DNA of 64,000 bases, from NCBI GenBank assembly GCA_964016885.1, contig OZ024740.1:193626001-193690000 (forward strand), written 5' to 3'. The notes beneath the pieces were generated by a model. The model made no database searches and was not told the origin of the DNA. It saw nothing but the letters and a program-made list of their open reading frames with translations. Below, in pieces: positions 1 through 13,091 of this stretch. The DNA comes from Eledone cirrhosa. Taxonomy: Eukaryota. The position numbers were made by a program, and so were the translations under genes. Positions within the stretch are counted from its first letter, which is position 1, and each line of letters begins with the position of its first letter.

Positions 1-11
1 ATATATATATA

Positions 12-103
<92 letters not shown>

Positions 104-170
104 TATATGAGTGCGTGTCTGTGGGCATGAGTGTGTATGTTTGTATATATATATATATATATATATATAT
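1..170. repeat. (AT)n microsatellite; similar tracts recur throughout the window
   Basis: Direct dinucleotide repeat. Confidence 0.99.
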
Positions 171-774
171 AATGTATAATAAACAATACAATATAATTAC
201 CTCATTACCAGAGGTTCCCCGAATAAGACGAATACGAAAAGAAACGTCCTCATTCGTTCGTCGGACAAGTTAATATAAAACATAGTGAAATATTTGGAAA
301 GTCTCCTCAAGAAATATATTAAAAAATATAAAAAAATATATAAAGAATATAAGGAAATATAGTTAGGTATGTGTATATGAGTGTATATACACTCACAAAT
401 GTACATATGTGTGTATGTACAAGTGCAAGTGTATGGTGAAAATGTGTGCGTAAGTACACATATAAGGGCAAGTATATTTGTGTATATGTGAACACAAATA
501 CGGATATAATATGAGTTAAAAAAGAAAATGATAATATAGTTGACACGCATCCAGATACAGGTATTAAATACACATACGAGTATGAAAGCATGCGTATAAA
601 CACACACACACGCGCGGTCACTTATATGCGGAAGATAAAGAAGGAAGGGAGTATAATGGTAAAAAGGAGTGTCATTCTCGATATATGTATAAAAATGAAA
701 CAATATATGAGAATGAAAAAAATGTTTAAATGAAAGAGAAAGTAATCAATTGATTACTTTCTCTTTATTTTATA

Positions 775-1718
775 CTAGCAGTAAAGCCCGGCGTTGCTCG
801 GGGTCGCTCAGTAGCTGTGTTAAAGTTACAATGTTAAGTTTCTTTCTTGGCTTAAAAACTGTAGTGTCTACTGTGCAGACTTGCATGTGGTGTTTTTGAT
901 TAATATTCCCTCAACCAACAATATGCCTTATGAAGTTAAGAAAACATAACGATAACCCGAATGTTATAACAAAAGAGGATGCTGGGGATAGAAACTGCAC
1001 TGGTTATTTATTAACAAAGATCGAAAATGTAAACACTGCAACGCAGAGAAAAACATTAGCGTAACCAAATTATCAGTTATGTCTGTCTGCACGCCTATAT
1101 CACCTCTCTGCACGACTGTCTGTCTGCACGCCTATATCACCTCTCTGCACGACTGTCTGTCTGCACGCCTATATCACCTCTCTGCACGACTGTCTGTACG
1201 CGTATATCACCTCTCTGCACGACTGTCTGTCTGCACGACTGTCTGTCTGCACGCCTAACGACGAAATATTTGCTTGTTTTACGTAGTCTTTAAATAGACT
1301 TGTTTTCAAGTAAAAATATTGTTTTAAAATGCTTTTAAATGGAAATGAAGCTAAACGGAAGTTTAGTGTTCGAACTGATGAATTTTGCAGGTCAATATTT
1401 TGCTGGCTCGACAACTGTTCGTGTATTGTGTTAATGTCATTTTAAACGCTGAGAAAGCCAGCGTAATTTTTTACGTAAGACGCTCAATGTAAACAGAACA
1501 AAGGGAAATAACTGATCACTTACGCTCAAAAATCGATACATTATATTCGATTTCGTCACATAGGGTGGGTCAATTTGAAATATTTTTTTTCCGATGTCTT
1601 CGCTAGGGCTCAATGTACAAGAATAGCAATTTCGGTGCAATTCCGTCAGAGATTCTAAGAGGAGATGTGTGCCAAAAATCGATAGACAGACAGACAACCA
1701 CAGTTTTATATATATAGA
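775..1718 (-). mobile_element. Non-autonomous Helitron
   Basis: On the - strand it starts TC (1718-1717, TCTATATATATAAAAC...GTCTGTCTG) and ends CTAG (778-775). A CCCG..CGGG hairpin sits at 787-802 just before the CTAG. It is inserted between A and T with no TSD. Removing it restores ttttata|ttaccttgtccga, matching the partner inverted repeat. Confidence 0.85.
1080..1255. repeat. 37-bp minisatellite (~4.5 copies) inside the Helitron
   Basis: Unit tgtctgtctgcacgcctatatcacctctctgcacgac starts at 1080, 1117 and 1154, then degenerates. Confidence 0.95.
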
Positions 1719-1727
1719 TTACCTTGT

Positions 1728-1793
1728 CCGACGAACGAATGAGGACGTTTTTTTCGTATTCGTTTTATTCGGGAAACCTCTGGTAATGAGGTA
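1728..1793 (+). ncRNA. Hammerhead-like motif with non-canonical core (U4->C)
   Basis: CCGACGA, then a long stem II (cgaat/attcg), then GAAA, stem III ACCTC/GAGGT, and A. Stem I is weak. Related copies lie on the - strand at ~198-284 and ~44516-44582. Confidence 0.45.
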
Positions 1794-2982
1794 ATTATAT
1801 TGTATTGTTTATTATACATTAAATTTTGCTCTTGTACTTACATAGAGCACTCTTCACTCCTATGACTTTTTCAATTTTCAACGGAAACTTCAATACTTAT
1901 ATATATATATATGTATATATGTGTGTGTGTGTGTGTAAATAAATATGTATATGTATATATTTATCATACGTATAGAAATATATACATACAAACTGCAGCA
2001 GTGAGGAAAGACTTTAGGTATTAGCTTAACACTCAGCAGTGTTCTAATAGTTCTATTGTACACTACCAATTCTACTGCCTAACAAAAGAGCTCTAATAAG
2101 CAAACATTAGATCCCTTGCATCAATCATCCCATCCTACAATACTAGCCAATTTCATTATCAATTCTTTACAAAATATTTACATATATATATGTTTGTATG
2201 TTTCCCCTGTTGAGCGTGTGTTGTGTGTGTGTGTATGTGTGTGTGTATGTGTGTGTGTATGTGTGTGTGAGTGAGTGTGTGTGAGTGCGTTTGTGTACAT
2301 ATATATTTGAAGCTTTAATACATTATAACAAAAGGGCGATTTGCTTAGATGGGCAATTCCAATAACAGTACAATGATATAAGCAGTTCTGAAGTTCATGG
2401 AAGCATGTCAACATTTTACACATTCATATCGTCAATAATATGTCCTGGCAGGCATAGTTCGTGAAAGTGCTACACGAAAATGCTGATCAAAGACGTCCCT
2501 TTTTGATGGACCTCATCGCCAAATTTACTCTTTACTTAGAATTATTGTGATATGATTAACCATATAGCATGTTTATATTATTTCAAATACAAAGTACAAT
2601 ACTCGAATACAGACAGGACTCTATATATTTGATATCGTGTGTGTTCAAAAGGAAAATAATATTATATTTATTACTGGTCATCTGAATATTGGAGCTTATT
2701 ATATACATATATTATATGCCACCAGCTTTATTGTATTAGTTAAGACCATGCCGAAAGCATGCTTCAAATCTAGGTAATTTCCCAAGAGGTGTAAGGCTAA
2801 TATACATATCAGATTCTTGTAATGTTGAAACAAGATTGTATCGATTTAATTCAATATTGAAAGCGCAGCCACAATATGGTCATGTCTTAACATATGTGGA
2901 ACAAGCATTGAGGGAAACTAATTTATATGCGAGTAAACAAATGTAGATAATAGTGATATGATAAGCACGTGCTTGCATCAAG

Positions 2983-3142
<160 letters not shown>

Positions 3143-3337
3143 CTTGGGGAGGCTCATATTTGTGTAATAATATTGCCAGAATTAATAACAGAACACACTG
3201 ACTGTTTGGTTGGTTTTCGCTTCTCGCTGTCTTTTATATCCGTTAATTTAATTTATTCGGTCCTCAATGTTCCCATTGACTGACCAACGGTCAAAAATAC
3301 AGATATAATATAGACACAAGCACATATATATTGTCTA

Positions 3338-3377
3338 ACAAAGTTCTTTCGTTGCACATCTGCAACATCGTCAGTGG
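3338..3377 (-). ncRNA. Minimal type I hammerhead ribozyme
   Basis: cca-CTGACGA-T-GTTGCA(gatg)TGCAAC-GAAA-G(aa)C-T-T-tg; intact core, 6-bp stem II. Confidence 0.75.
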
Positions 3378-3649
3378 AGATATTATGTTTCCTCCTATTG
3401 TATTGTATGCCTACGCCCTCTTTATTTAGTCTGTTTATTTTTTTTTTGTCTTCTCTGCGCGTACGTTTGCCTGTGTGTATAGTGTTTGATGTGTGTTCGT
3501 GTTTGGTTGACTGCGTATTGGTTATTGTATTCTATCTTAGTTTACTCGTGTGTGTTTATATGTGTTTGCTGTTATTGTGCTTGTGTATGTATTTATTTAT
3601 TTATACTTCTCTTAGGTCAGTATTGTTTGTTTGGGTATTGTTGTTATTC

Positions 3650-4135
3650 CATTCATTTTTTCTTTAGCCTTGGCCTTCTAAGTTCTATTTCGCTGGCCTC
3701 TCTGATTTGCCTATCTGCTGGGTCATTTCTATGTTTAGATATTATTATAATGTATATGTTGTCTATGTTACCGTCGTGTTGTTGTCTGGCATGTTCGTAT
3801 AGTACTGAACTGTTTTTCGTCCTTTTAGATCCCCCCAGTGTTGGTCTATCCTTTCACTTATGCTACGAGCTGTCTCACATATGTATATTGTTGTCATGTT
3901 TCTGCAAGTACCCTCTGTACATCTTATGCTATAGACTACGTTTCTAGTTTTGCAGTTTATCCGGGGGTTTACTTTACATATAATACATTTCCTATTAGTA
4001 CGGTGGGTTTTCTTAAAAGGGTAGGTTTTGCTGATCAGGGATTTTATGGTGGTTCCTGGCTTTTCTACCACCTTAATCTTTAAGTGGGTCTTTCTCAGGG
4101 CTTTTCTACACTGGTTAGCTAATTTCTCTCCAGGG
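3650..4135 (-). pseudogene. PLE linker plus GIY-YIG endonuclease remnant
   Basis: PGEKLANQCRKALRKTHLKIKVVEKPGT..KCIIC..NCKTRNVVYSIRC..IYICETARSISERIDQH..; C-terminal DPADRQIREASEIELRRPRL. Confidence 0.85.
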
Positions 4136-4136
4136 A

Positions 4137-4613
4137 GTGCGCCCTAACAATATACTACCTGTATTAGACACGGAACTCTGGATTAACACAATAGACGAGA
4201 GAGCCCAAATTCTCAACTCACACTACGCTAAACAAATTGCCTCCAAATACCTGATACTCAAAAACTCAGCAATGTCCAGTAGTGCTAAGTTTAACATTTT
4301 GATCGCAGACATGGTACGAGTGATGAAGAAGGTATCCCGCATGTGCGACTCAACAGAAATGAAAAGACACATCCAACACTTCATCAGCCGCATGCAGTTC
4401 TCTGGCTACAACCAAAGAGACAGAATCAGAGTATACGAAGGAACCACGAAGAAGTATATGACCCTCTTAAAACTGGATATGAAAGGAATTTGCCCATTAT
4501 ACAGGAGCAAATCATGGAATAGCTTAGATAGGACTAGACATAAGATAGGGAAAGCCATCTCATGGTACGAAACCCAGGGATACCAGAGTGTCATGTTTGT
4601 GGACGCTACCCCT
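4137..4613 (+). pseudogene. PLE reverse transcriptase C-terminal/thumb remnant
   Basis: LPVLDTELWI..HYAKQIAS..SAMSSSAKFNIL..RMQFSGY..PLYRSKSW..SVMFVDATP, typical of the PLE RT C-terminus. Confidence 0.8.
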
Positions 4614-4969
4614 GCAGATGGACAAATCAGAGAGGTCAGCGAAATAGAACTTAGAAGGCCAAGGCTAAACAGAAACAATGAATGAAATAACAACACCCAA
4701 ACAAACAATACTGACCTAAGAGAAGTATAAATAAATAAATAAATACATACAGAAGCACAATAACAACAAACACATATAAACACACACTAGTAAACAAAGA
4801 TAGAATACATTAACCAATACACAGTCACCGAAAGACGAACACACATTAAACACTATACACACACGCAAAAGCATACGCAGAGAAGACAACAAATAAAATA
4901 AATAAATAAATAAACAGACTAAATAAAGATGGCGTAGGCATACAATACAACAGGAGGAAACATAATAGC

Positions 4970-5010
4970 ACCATTGACGATGTTGCAGATGTGCAACGAA
5001 AGAACTTGGT
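4970..5010 (+). ncRNA. Hammerhead ribozyme, partner copy (C3->U)
   Basis: acca-TTGACGA-T-GTTGCA(gatg)TGCAAC-GAAAGAACTT-ggt. Confidence 0.65.
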
Positions 5011-5271
5011 TAGACTATATATATATGTCTTTGTGTCTATATAATATCTGTATTTTTTACCTTTGGTCAGTCAATGCGAACATTGAGGACCGAATAAATT
5101 AAATTAACCGATATAAAAGACACAGAAGCGAAAACCAACCAAACAGTGCGTGTGTTCTGTTATTAATTCTGGAAATATTATTACACAAATATGACCCTCC
5201 CCGAGTGTAACAATATTTGTTTCGACACACGATTTCGTATCAAAAACCTCGCAAAACTAATTCATCGCCGT

Positions 5272-5318
<47 letters not shown>

Positions 5319-5439
5319 ATATATATATATACTTACCAGTCTGTTAGTGAGATTAAAAAAACCATTACAATTCAATTATTTATGAACATTTATAAAATAT
5401 ATATAACAGTTGAAATATACAACTATTTCTTTTTCCAAT

Positions 5440-6030
5440 GACATTATCACAACTTTTTCTTCTTGCACACATTTTATAGAGAAAACATGATTTCGAATAA
5501 TCGAAATTAAATATATTCAATTGCAAGTAAAATTTCCGCAGACATGTTTGTGGTAGGAAGAAATGCGTGTACATATATTTTCCTACATCGTTCAAAGATA
5601 TTGAATAGTCAGCACTTTTTGAATAGGAATTTCAACTTTATAAATAGAATCGCAATATATTTTATTGGTTAATCAAAACAATAGTAACACTTTCGATTAT
5701 ATTTTGAAAAAAGTGTTCATCGATTGTATTTTTGTTCCTAAAAATGATCAATTTTACATTTTACTTACTCTTGGCAGGTGTTGGCAATAACCAATTTTAT
5801 TTGGCATTTAATATTCATTATATCCTTGCCACAACTCTTAAAGCATAAATAAGATTCTACGTAATTTTCCAAATAAGGAAAGTACTGGAACAACTCAGGA
5901 AATATATGAATTCGATGATAACTATTGGCAGAATTTTGAAAAAGCTCCATTGTTTGGTTTGACTCTACTCCGATAAGCGCATGAATGGGAAGACGGGCAG
6001 GTTGAGGGTGTGAGTTGATAGTTTTCACTT
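5440..6030 (-). pseudogene. Possible decayed hAT-transposase C-terminal remnant
   Basis: Weak resemblance of ELFQYFPYLENY..IKLVIANTCQE and FDY..KMCARRKS to the hAT dimerisation domain; heavily decayed. Confidence 0.25.
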
Positions 6031-6294
6031 AAATGAAGAATGGTTTCGGGTAAGACGTTAATTTCCGGGGAAGGCCCAGGCTCGTTAAATTACTATAAAC
6101 AATAGAAAATACATAAATTGTGCCACGAGTATTACCCAGGAATAAAATGCAAATAACCTAAACGACTGTAATCATACGAACATCCAAACAGACATATATT
6201 TGCCCACATGTACACAGACACACTCACACGCAGAGGAACGTATGCATAACTTCACACAAACACACTCAGAAAGACACACAAATGGAGAGAGAGA

Positions 6295-6402
<108 letters not shown>

Positions 6403-7773
6403 GTTAGGAATTGGTGCAGGTAGAGGAGAAAATGCTAAAGAAAGTCACTAATTATATTTTCCCAACCGTCATTTACTGTTCCATGCGAGAAAGATTACTT
6501 ATTCATTGAACTATCATTATGAGAGTTGAATGCCATATAGGTACATATTTATGTCTGCAAGTAACTAAAGGTGAGGCATTAACTACATTTATCCTCATTT
6601 ATAATTGGTAATCGATAAAGTTATATATAATGCTACAGAGGTTATCTTGAAGACGTTAGAATTACAGTAATAAGTAGGTTTCCATTATAGTAACGCTGAC
6701 ATCAAATTTTCTAATACGGCGTTATTTTTATCTGCCTGTTATTGGTATTTACATATATTTCGAATATGTTACGAATTAGGGTCTGAGTTAATATTTCACG
6801 CATTTTACAGAACAGATGTTTCAGGATAACATATATTCTGCTTAAGAATTTGTAGAAATATAATTATTTCACTCACCTCATATCTCGCTTACACAAAAAT
6901 AGATGCAATTTGCTTCCCTTTAAGACGAGAAGTTTGATTGAAACAGCACGAGATGTAACATGTATCACACAAAAAACAGATGTCGAAGTGGGCAAACACA
7001 TCTTCCAAACAATTTCATGTCACCTCAAATAAGGGAATTTATCTTCCATGCCTTCCGTAATCTAGTCTAGAAATAAATAAATATTCAGCCCGGTAAGCTT
7101 ATCGGATTTGATTGCGCTTCCTGCAAGAACAGGAGAAATTCTATTAATTGCTGTCATATTGTATATGTGCTCTCCTTAATTCAGTTTCACAACTTATCAT
7201 ACAAATTGCCATTTAAAATGTATAATCTAAATTAAATGCAAAAACTTTCCGGGGTGAGCGATTACAATCATATATTGGTAGGGATTAATTACATCTTTAG
7301 ATACTCATTGTTCTTATTTACATCTACACTTCGTTTCCCTTGATCTCCGAGAGAACCTTATATAAATGTTAAAACGTCTAAACAATAGATAAGTGATTAT
7401 TAAATATACTGTAGACTTGAGCATTGTATGGCCAAATTTACTCTCGGACAATTAGTACAGTCTATATTCTGATGCTTTGAATAAAGTAAGATGTGCAATC
7501 AGACTATACTTGAAAATGGCGAGCAGCTCTTTAGTGTTAGTTTAACCTTAGTAACTTAAAGTATAACCTAAATTATACATTTTTCCTATCTATGATTAAA
7601 TCATTGTCTAAGATTATTTGTATATATTCAATCTAGAAAAATAATAAGTTAATTATGGAAATGGATAGATTTCGATAGTTGATTCTATAAAAAGAATTAT
7701 AAACAAATACATAAATGAACTCAATCAACATCCATTGCCATTATTGTTATTTCGGATCAGATTGTGTATTTGT

Positions 7774-7828
<55 letters not shown>

Positions 7829-7879
7829 GACAGTCGATTGACTTTCGTCAAATCGGAACGAGGAAAAAATGTCTCCATT

Positions 7880-8044
7880 GGTCTTTCCAATTGCTAATAC
7901 TATATATCGGTCGCAACTCCAGGTGGAAGGAGCAACGTTAAATAAAGTGTCTTGCTCAAGGACATAACGCATCGCCCGGTTCGGGAATCGAATTCACGAC
8001 CTCACGATTGTGAATCCAATTATCTAACCATTCAGCCAAGCGCC
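7880..8044 (-). mobile_element. tRNA-derived CORE-type SINE
   Basis: - strand reads GGCGCTTGGCTGAATGGTTAG (A box), GAATTCGATTCCC (B box), then TGTCCTTGAGCAAGACACTTTATT (CORE-like). Confidence 0.75.
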
Positions 8045-8047
8045 ACC

Positions 8048-8150
<103 letters not shown>

Positions 8151-8431
8151 TACATATATACATATATACATATATATATATGTATATATGTATATGTATA
8201 TATTAGTTTTGCGAGGTTTTTGATATGAAATCGTGTGTCGAAACAAATATTGTTATACTTGGGGAGGGTCATATATATATATAGGATAACGCTATGCTTG
8301 AAGCGAAATCCCATTCTTGACCCAACTCATGCAGCTTTATATGCAAATGACATTAATCACCTCATTTACACTGACAAGAAAACTATATATTCTCGACTGT
8401 TTTCAAGTCCAGCAGTTGCAAGCGGTGGGAA

Positions 8432-8479
8432 CGACCGTCCTGAAAAAGGCCAGTCAAGTCTGGAATGCATAGACAGTTG
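8432..8479 (+). ncRNA. Degenerate hammerhead ribozyme (G8A, A13G)
   Basis: cgaccgtc-CTGAAAA-aggc(cagtcaa)gtct-GGAA-TGCA-TA-gacagttg; 8-bp stem I with 1 mismatch; palindromic stem III ATGCAT. Confidence 0.6.
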
Positions 8480-8751
8480 TCGCCCTTGCTTCAGCTGGAC
8501 AGCACCAGAGGGCGTTAGCCCCGGTGTTCACATAGCTACGGCTTCCTAAAACTGTGTTTCTTTAGAAATACGAAATTTCTATACATATTTCTATAACGCT
8601 ATGCTTGAAGCGAAATCCTATTTCTATATATAAACACACACAGACACCCGGATGTAACACATGCGCAAACTAAGCACACCACACACACAAAAAACAAGAT
8701 GGCGTAGGACAGAACAAAGGAGATGCACAAAAACAAAGAAAAGAATCCCCA

Positions 8752-8794
8752 GTCACTGAAGAGGTCACAGAATGTGTGACGAAAAAACTTTGAC
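8752..8794 (+). ncRNA. Minimal type I hammerhead ribozyme, intact core
   Basis: gtca-CTGAAGA-g-GTCACA(gaatg)TGTGAC-GAAA-aaac-T-T-tgac. Confidence 0.8.
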
Positions 8795-9449
8795 AATATA
8801 TGGACAATGGTCTGGTTGTGAAACCAACCAACCAACCGGAAATTTATAAATTCCTAAATTTATAAATTTAATTTATAATAAATTGAAGTGAAAGCATATG
8901 GTGCGTGTGTTTCTTATTGGCAACATGACCCACCCAAAGTATAACAATATATATATATATATATATATTATAATTTCATTTTATTTCTTCCGGTTGAAGA
9001 TTCAGGTTTTGGGCGTCGGTATGTGCATTATGTTAATTTTCTATGAATAGAGATATATTTAAGATTATCACATAACCATGCCCAGATAGTTTTAGTGCTT
9101 AATACCGTTCAAGAAGCCTCCTAGTTGCAAATCGTACTATTATTGTATCTGAGTAACTTATGGTGGACTACGTGCAACAAATGTATGGATTTCGATTAAA
9201 CCAGTTACTACACGTAATTACCTGCAGTAAAACTAATTAATGAATACAATTTCTCTTTAGAATTTATACAGATGCCTTATTAAATGTATCTTAGATTCCC
9301 TGGGCAAAATAATTTGAATATATATTCATGTTGAAATATTACATTCCCAGCTGTTCTATGACAGCACTAAAGTAATAAATAAATTAAGAAATAAAAACTA
9401 TTTCGATATTTAAGGTAACTAATTAGTGTATATCTTATAAATTTGAAAT

Positions 9450-9547
<98 letters not shown>

Positions 9548-10649
9548 TGCGTGTGTTCGTGTGTTCTTGTGTGTGTGTGTGTGTGTGTATGTGTGTGAGA
9601 GAGAGCCAGCGCATGAATGAGTGTGCATATCAGAAAAACTGCATATTATATTCTGATCGTAGCACTAGGATATCAGGACCGATATATCTATATTATAAGA
9701 GAAATGACTCCTTGTTTGCAGTTCATTTAATATCAAAATAGCAAGATAGATTTCTTAGTTTTATTTAAATATACATGAAGGTGTATACCAGTTGGGTTTT
9801 ACTCACTAATAAAGCCTCTTTTGTGAGTAAAAAGAATGCTATGTCTATCCGGACACCTGGTGAAGTATGAATACAAAATCATGATCGAACTAAGGAAGAT
9901 TCAATTATCTGCATCTTGTTCATTAACTTGCATCAGAAAGCTAATCGAAGAATATAAATTTACCCAAAGAATTGATTTGATTTATTTATCTAATGGTTAT
10001 CCCCACGAAACAGTGCGGTAACTGTTGTTTACTTATTCTGCTGTTGCTGTTTCTATTGCTATAGAAATATTTTGTAGCATATCATGTCATAAATTATATT
10101 AGCGTGTTATTTAAAGGTTCATGCATCAGTAGTTATAATGTCAAATATAAATACACTATCATTTACACACGTCTGAATGTGATTGTAATTTTGACATGAA
10201 TAATATAAGGATTGCATTCTATAATTTTATATTTTGCAAATTTTAGTTAAAGCTGACCATTTTCTGAGCCCTTGGTGTCCCGGATTATATTCACTGTTTT
10301 CCAGGACAGAACCCAGAGCTGCAGCCAGTCACTTCGGCATTAGACGAAGAGTACGATACAATTTTCGAATGGACACCTCTAGCTACAACACGAACAAGTT
10401 TCTAGCTACTTCACACGAACGACGATGTAGTGCAATTTCTTTTATTCAGTCTGAACATACTGCATATTTTGGTGGTCTTGTTTTCACCAGGTACGAATTG
10501 TTAATTTTCTCAGAGCCCCGAAGTCAAGCCATTTTTTAGAGGAGGCCTTTACTTGCATCATTGCATTTAATTATTTCTTTTTAGTTTTAGTTTTCGGGTC
10601 TATCAACAGTGTCTGTATACACCTAAATCCTGTGACACTAACATCTTTT

Positions 10650-11450
10650 GATGTACATAAGATGGAACTGTGGGTGACGATCAACCTCGTGGAGCCTGCG
10701 GCCTGTAGAGCAATAAAGGCACTAAAATGTAGTTTGCTTTAATTATAGAGTAATATCCTTTTTAAGCGCCCACAGTAAAGACTATGTTTAGTGTCTGGAA
10801 ATTTGATATAGCCATATTGTTGAGTCCAAGCTAGTTGAGGAACAATGTGTGGAGAGTTCTCTCGGAGTATGAATTCGATGGATAGATTCTTGTTGCCTTC
10901 AATCCCAGTAAAAATGCACGAGTATTTATGTTTGCATAAATGTGGCTAAGTTGAAAACATTCAATGTTGCTGTCGGCAAGTGTAGGGTCTCTCGGTTGAT
11001 ATTTGCAGACGAACTCGCGCTACTTAATTCACCGTAATTTCATTTCTGATATGCACTGGAAAGGTGTGCTGCCGTGTGTGTTGCAGGCTGGAATAAAAAT
11101 TAATGTTGTAAACACTGAGTCATTCGACGTCTTAATAAAGCTTGCGCAGTATACTGTGTACGTGTGTAGATTAACACGGAGGCTGGTGGAGCTATATGTA
11201 CGAGTGGCCGAAGGCATGGAGCTGAATTAAATGCAAGACTTGCAGGGGCTGTTTCGATAATACGTCTAGTTCAGCACTCAGCCATTAGGAGAAAAGAGGT
11301 AGTCTTAAAACCAAAGCTCGCTTCAACTCGAGTTGAAGCGAGCTTTGGGCCTACTCGTACCACTGGTCACAAACCTTGTGATATGATTGTAGGAGAACGA
11401 TCACCAATAAAATTGACTGAAGTGGTGTTCAGAATTTACTAGCATCTGTA
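10650..11450 (+). pseudogene. Ancient, heavily decayed RTE-like LINE RT remnant
   Basis: AGIKINVVNTES..LIKLAQYTVYV and flanking nucleotides resemble the better-preserved remnant at 35.8-36.5 kb. Confidence 0.5.
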
Positions 11451-11714
11451 GGAAGTAATTTATAGAACTGTAGGAAAAAGTATGTTTTTTTTCAGATATG
11501 TTTATATTAGCCATTTTCTAAGTTATTCATTATGCACATGTGCAACTTATATTAGATTATGAGGACTTATACACAAAAATGGAATCATCAAAAGCCAATG
11601 CGCTCTGAAAGACATTGCAAATAATCCATGGCCCCAAGAGTGAGTGTATGTTTGAGAACGTGCCTGTCCAGATACATGTTAGTGGAAGCTGTCACCCATG
11701 AAGATATTCAGATA

Positions 11715-12005
11715 AACGTATATGCATGTATATATGCATGCACATATGTATGTTTCTTGTAAACATGTCTGTATGTATGTATAATTGTAGGTAAGGTGGA
11801 GAATACGTATGTATACTTGTATGAATGACTGCATGTATGCATGCGTGTATGTATGTACGTATGTATGTGTATTTGTAGGTATGTAGGCCATACGTATGTA
11901 TACTTGTATGAATAAGTACATGTATGCTCGTGTGTATGTATATAAGCCTGTATGCAAATATGTACGTATGTATGTATGTATATAAGCATGTATGTAAATA
12001 TGTAT
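11715..12005. repeat. Degenerate (TATG)n repeat
   Basis: Direct low-complexity repeat. Confidence 0.85.
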
Positions 12006-12904
12006 CCATAAATATCAACTTTCCTCACGATAAGGATACAGCTTTTAGGAGTTGCCAAATTTTATGATATGAGGAATTTGTTTTATCCGTTATAATTTTC
12101 TTTTCTGACATACAACTAATTTCCACTTGCTTCAGTTCCTCAAATATCATTAATTTTATTTTTCAATGTCGACAGCTGTTTTGGGAATTGGGCCAAGTAA
12201 TTATATTTTGGTGAGGTAAAATTCTTTATGAATTGGAAAATGTTTTTTTTTTGTGCGTGTTACATAAGAATATAGAACGTGTTAAAATAGGAATATCTGG
12301 GCTTAATGATTATCCAACATTGTCATTTATTACTCAAAAGAGTCATAAGAGTGCTAGTGACCTTAGTAATTGTAAACTTGAAACTGAATCATCCTCTTCC
12401 CTTCGTGCCAAATAATATCCTAAATTACAGTGATAGCAAACATCACGTTTTTCCTTAGGACTTCGTCCTCATGTCTGCTCTGAACAGCCAAGCCCTATAA
12501 TCAGATATATTCCATAAATGACCATCCCATCCCATTTGGCATAATGTGTATCTAGAACTACAATATACAACATATTTCTTCCTTTCGGAGAATGTTAAAA
12601 TTTGGCATTAGGGAAATGTGGCTGTTATATCTAGCATGTCATGAAAAGGTTCTACGTATCATACACGCTTAAACCCTGTTTGCGGTCCTTATAGCATTCA
12701 AATCGTATTTGTACATCCAATTCAATCGTTGTTGCGCGTGCATGCCTACGTGGCTGCTGTACACCAGCTGATACTAGTGTAGTAAATTGAAGCCGAATAT
12801 TTTAAAATTCTACACTACAGATATCGCAAAACTAGGGACACATTAAATTATGTAATTTCTGACGATATTATCTCTCTCTCTCTCTCGCCTTATCTCTCTC
12901 TCTC

Positions 12905-12991
12905 AAATTGTATAGAACTTCAAGTGAAGTAATTCTTATCTTTTTGTCAAATATACCTAACGGTACCAAGGATTTCACGCATTTTCCAATA

Positions 12992-13023
<32 letters not shown>

Positions 13024-13051
13024 AAAATGTGGAGGGGAAGCACACGAGTTA

Positions 13052-13091
<40 letters not shown>

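Larger units (their letters stand above)
171..1878. mobile_element. Non-autonomous fold-back element, probably PLE-derived, interrupted by a Helitron
   Basis: 171-305 is the reverse complement of ~760-774 plus 1719-1820. A perfect 34-bp palindrome lies at 733-766. Both ends abut (AT)n. A further copy of the terminus is at 44412-44592. Confidence 0.7.
8203..8948. mobile_element. Composite PLE-terminus cluster: inverted family-A end, 307-bp HHR unit, and a diverged family-A-like 3' end
   Basis: 8203-8273 is the reverse complement of 5190-5261. 8690-8948 resembles 4925-5215 (aagatggcgtagg, gaaaccaacc, atgaccc..aacaatat). Flanked by (AT)n. Confidence 0.7.

Noticed and set aside
1080-1255. 37-bp repeats resembling a CRISPR array
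   Set aside because: Head-to-tail with no unique spacers, inside a Helitron, in eukaryotic context.
5205-5268. Antisense GAAAC-AAATATT-GTT half-motif (also 8240-8254)
   Set aside because: No convincing CUGANGA box or stem I upstream.
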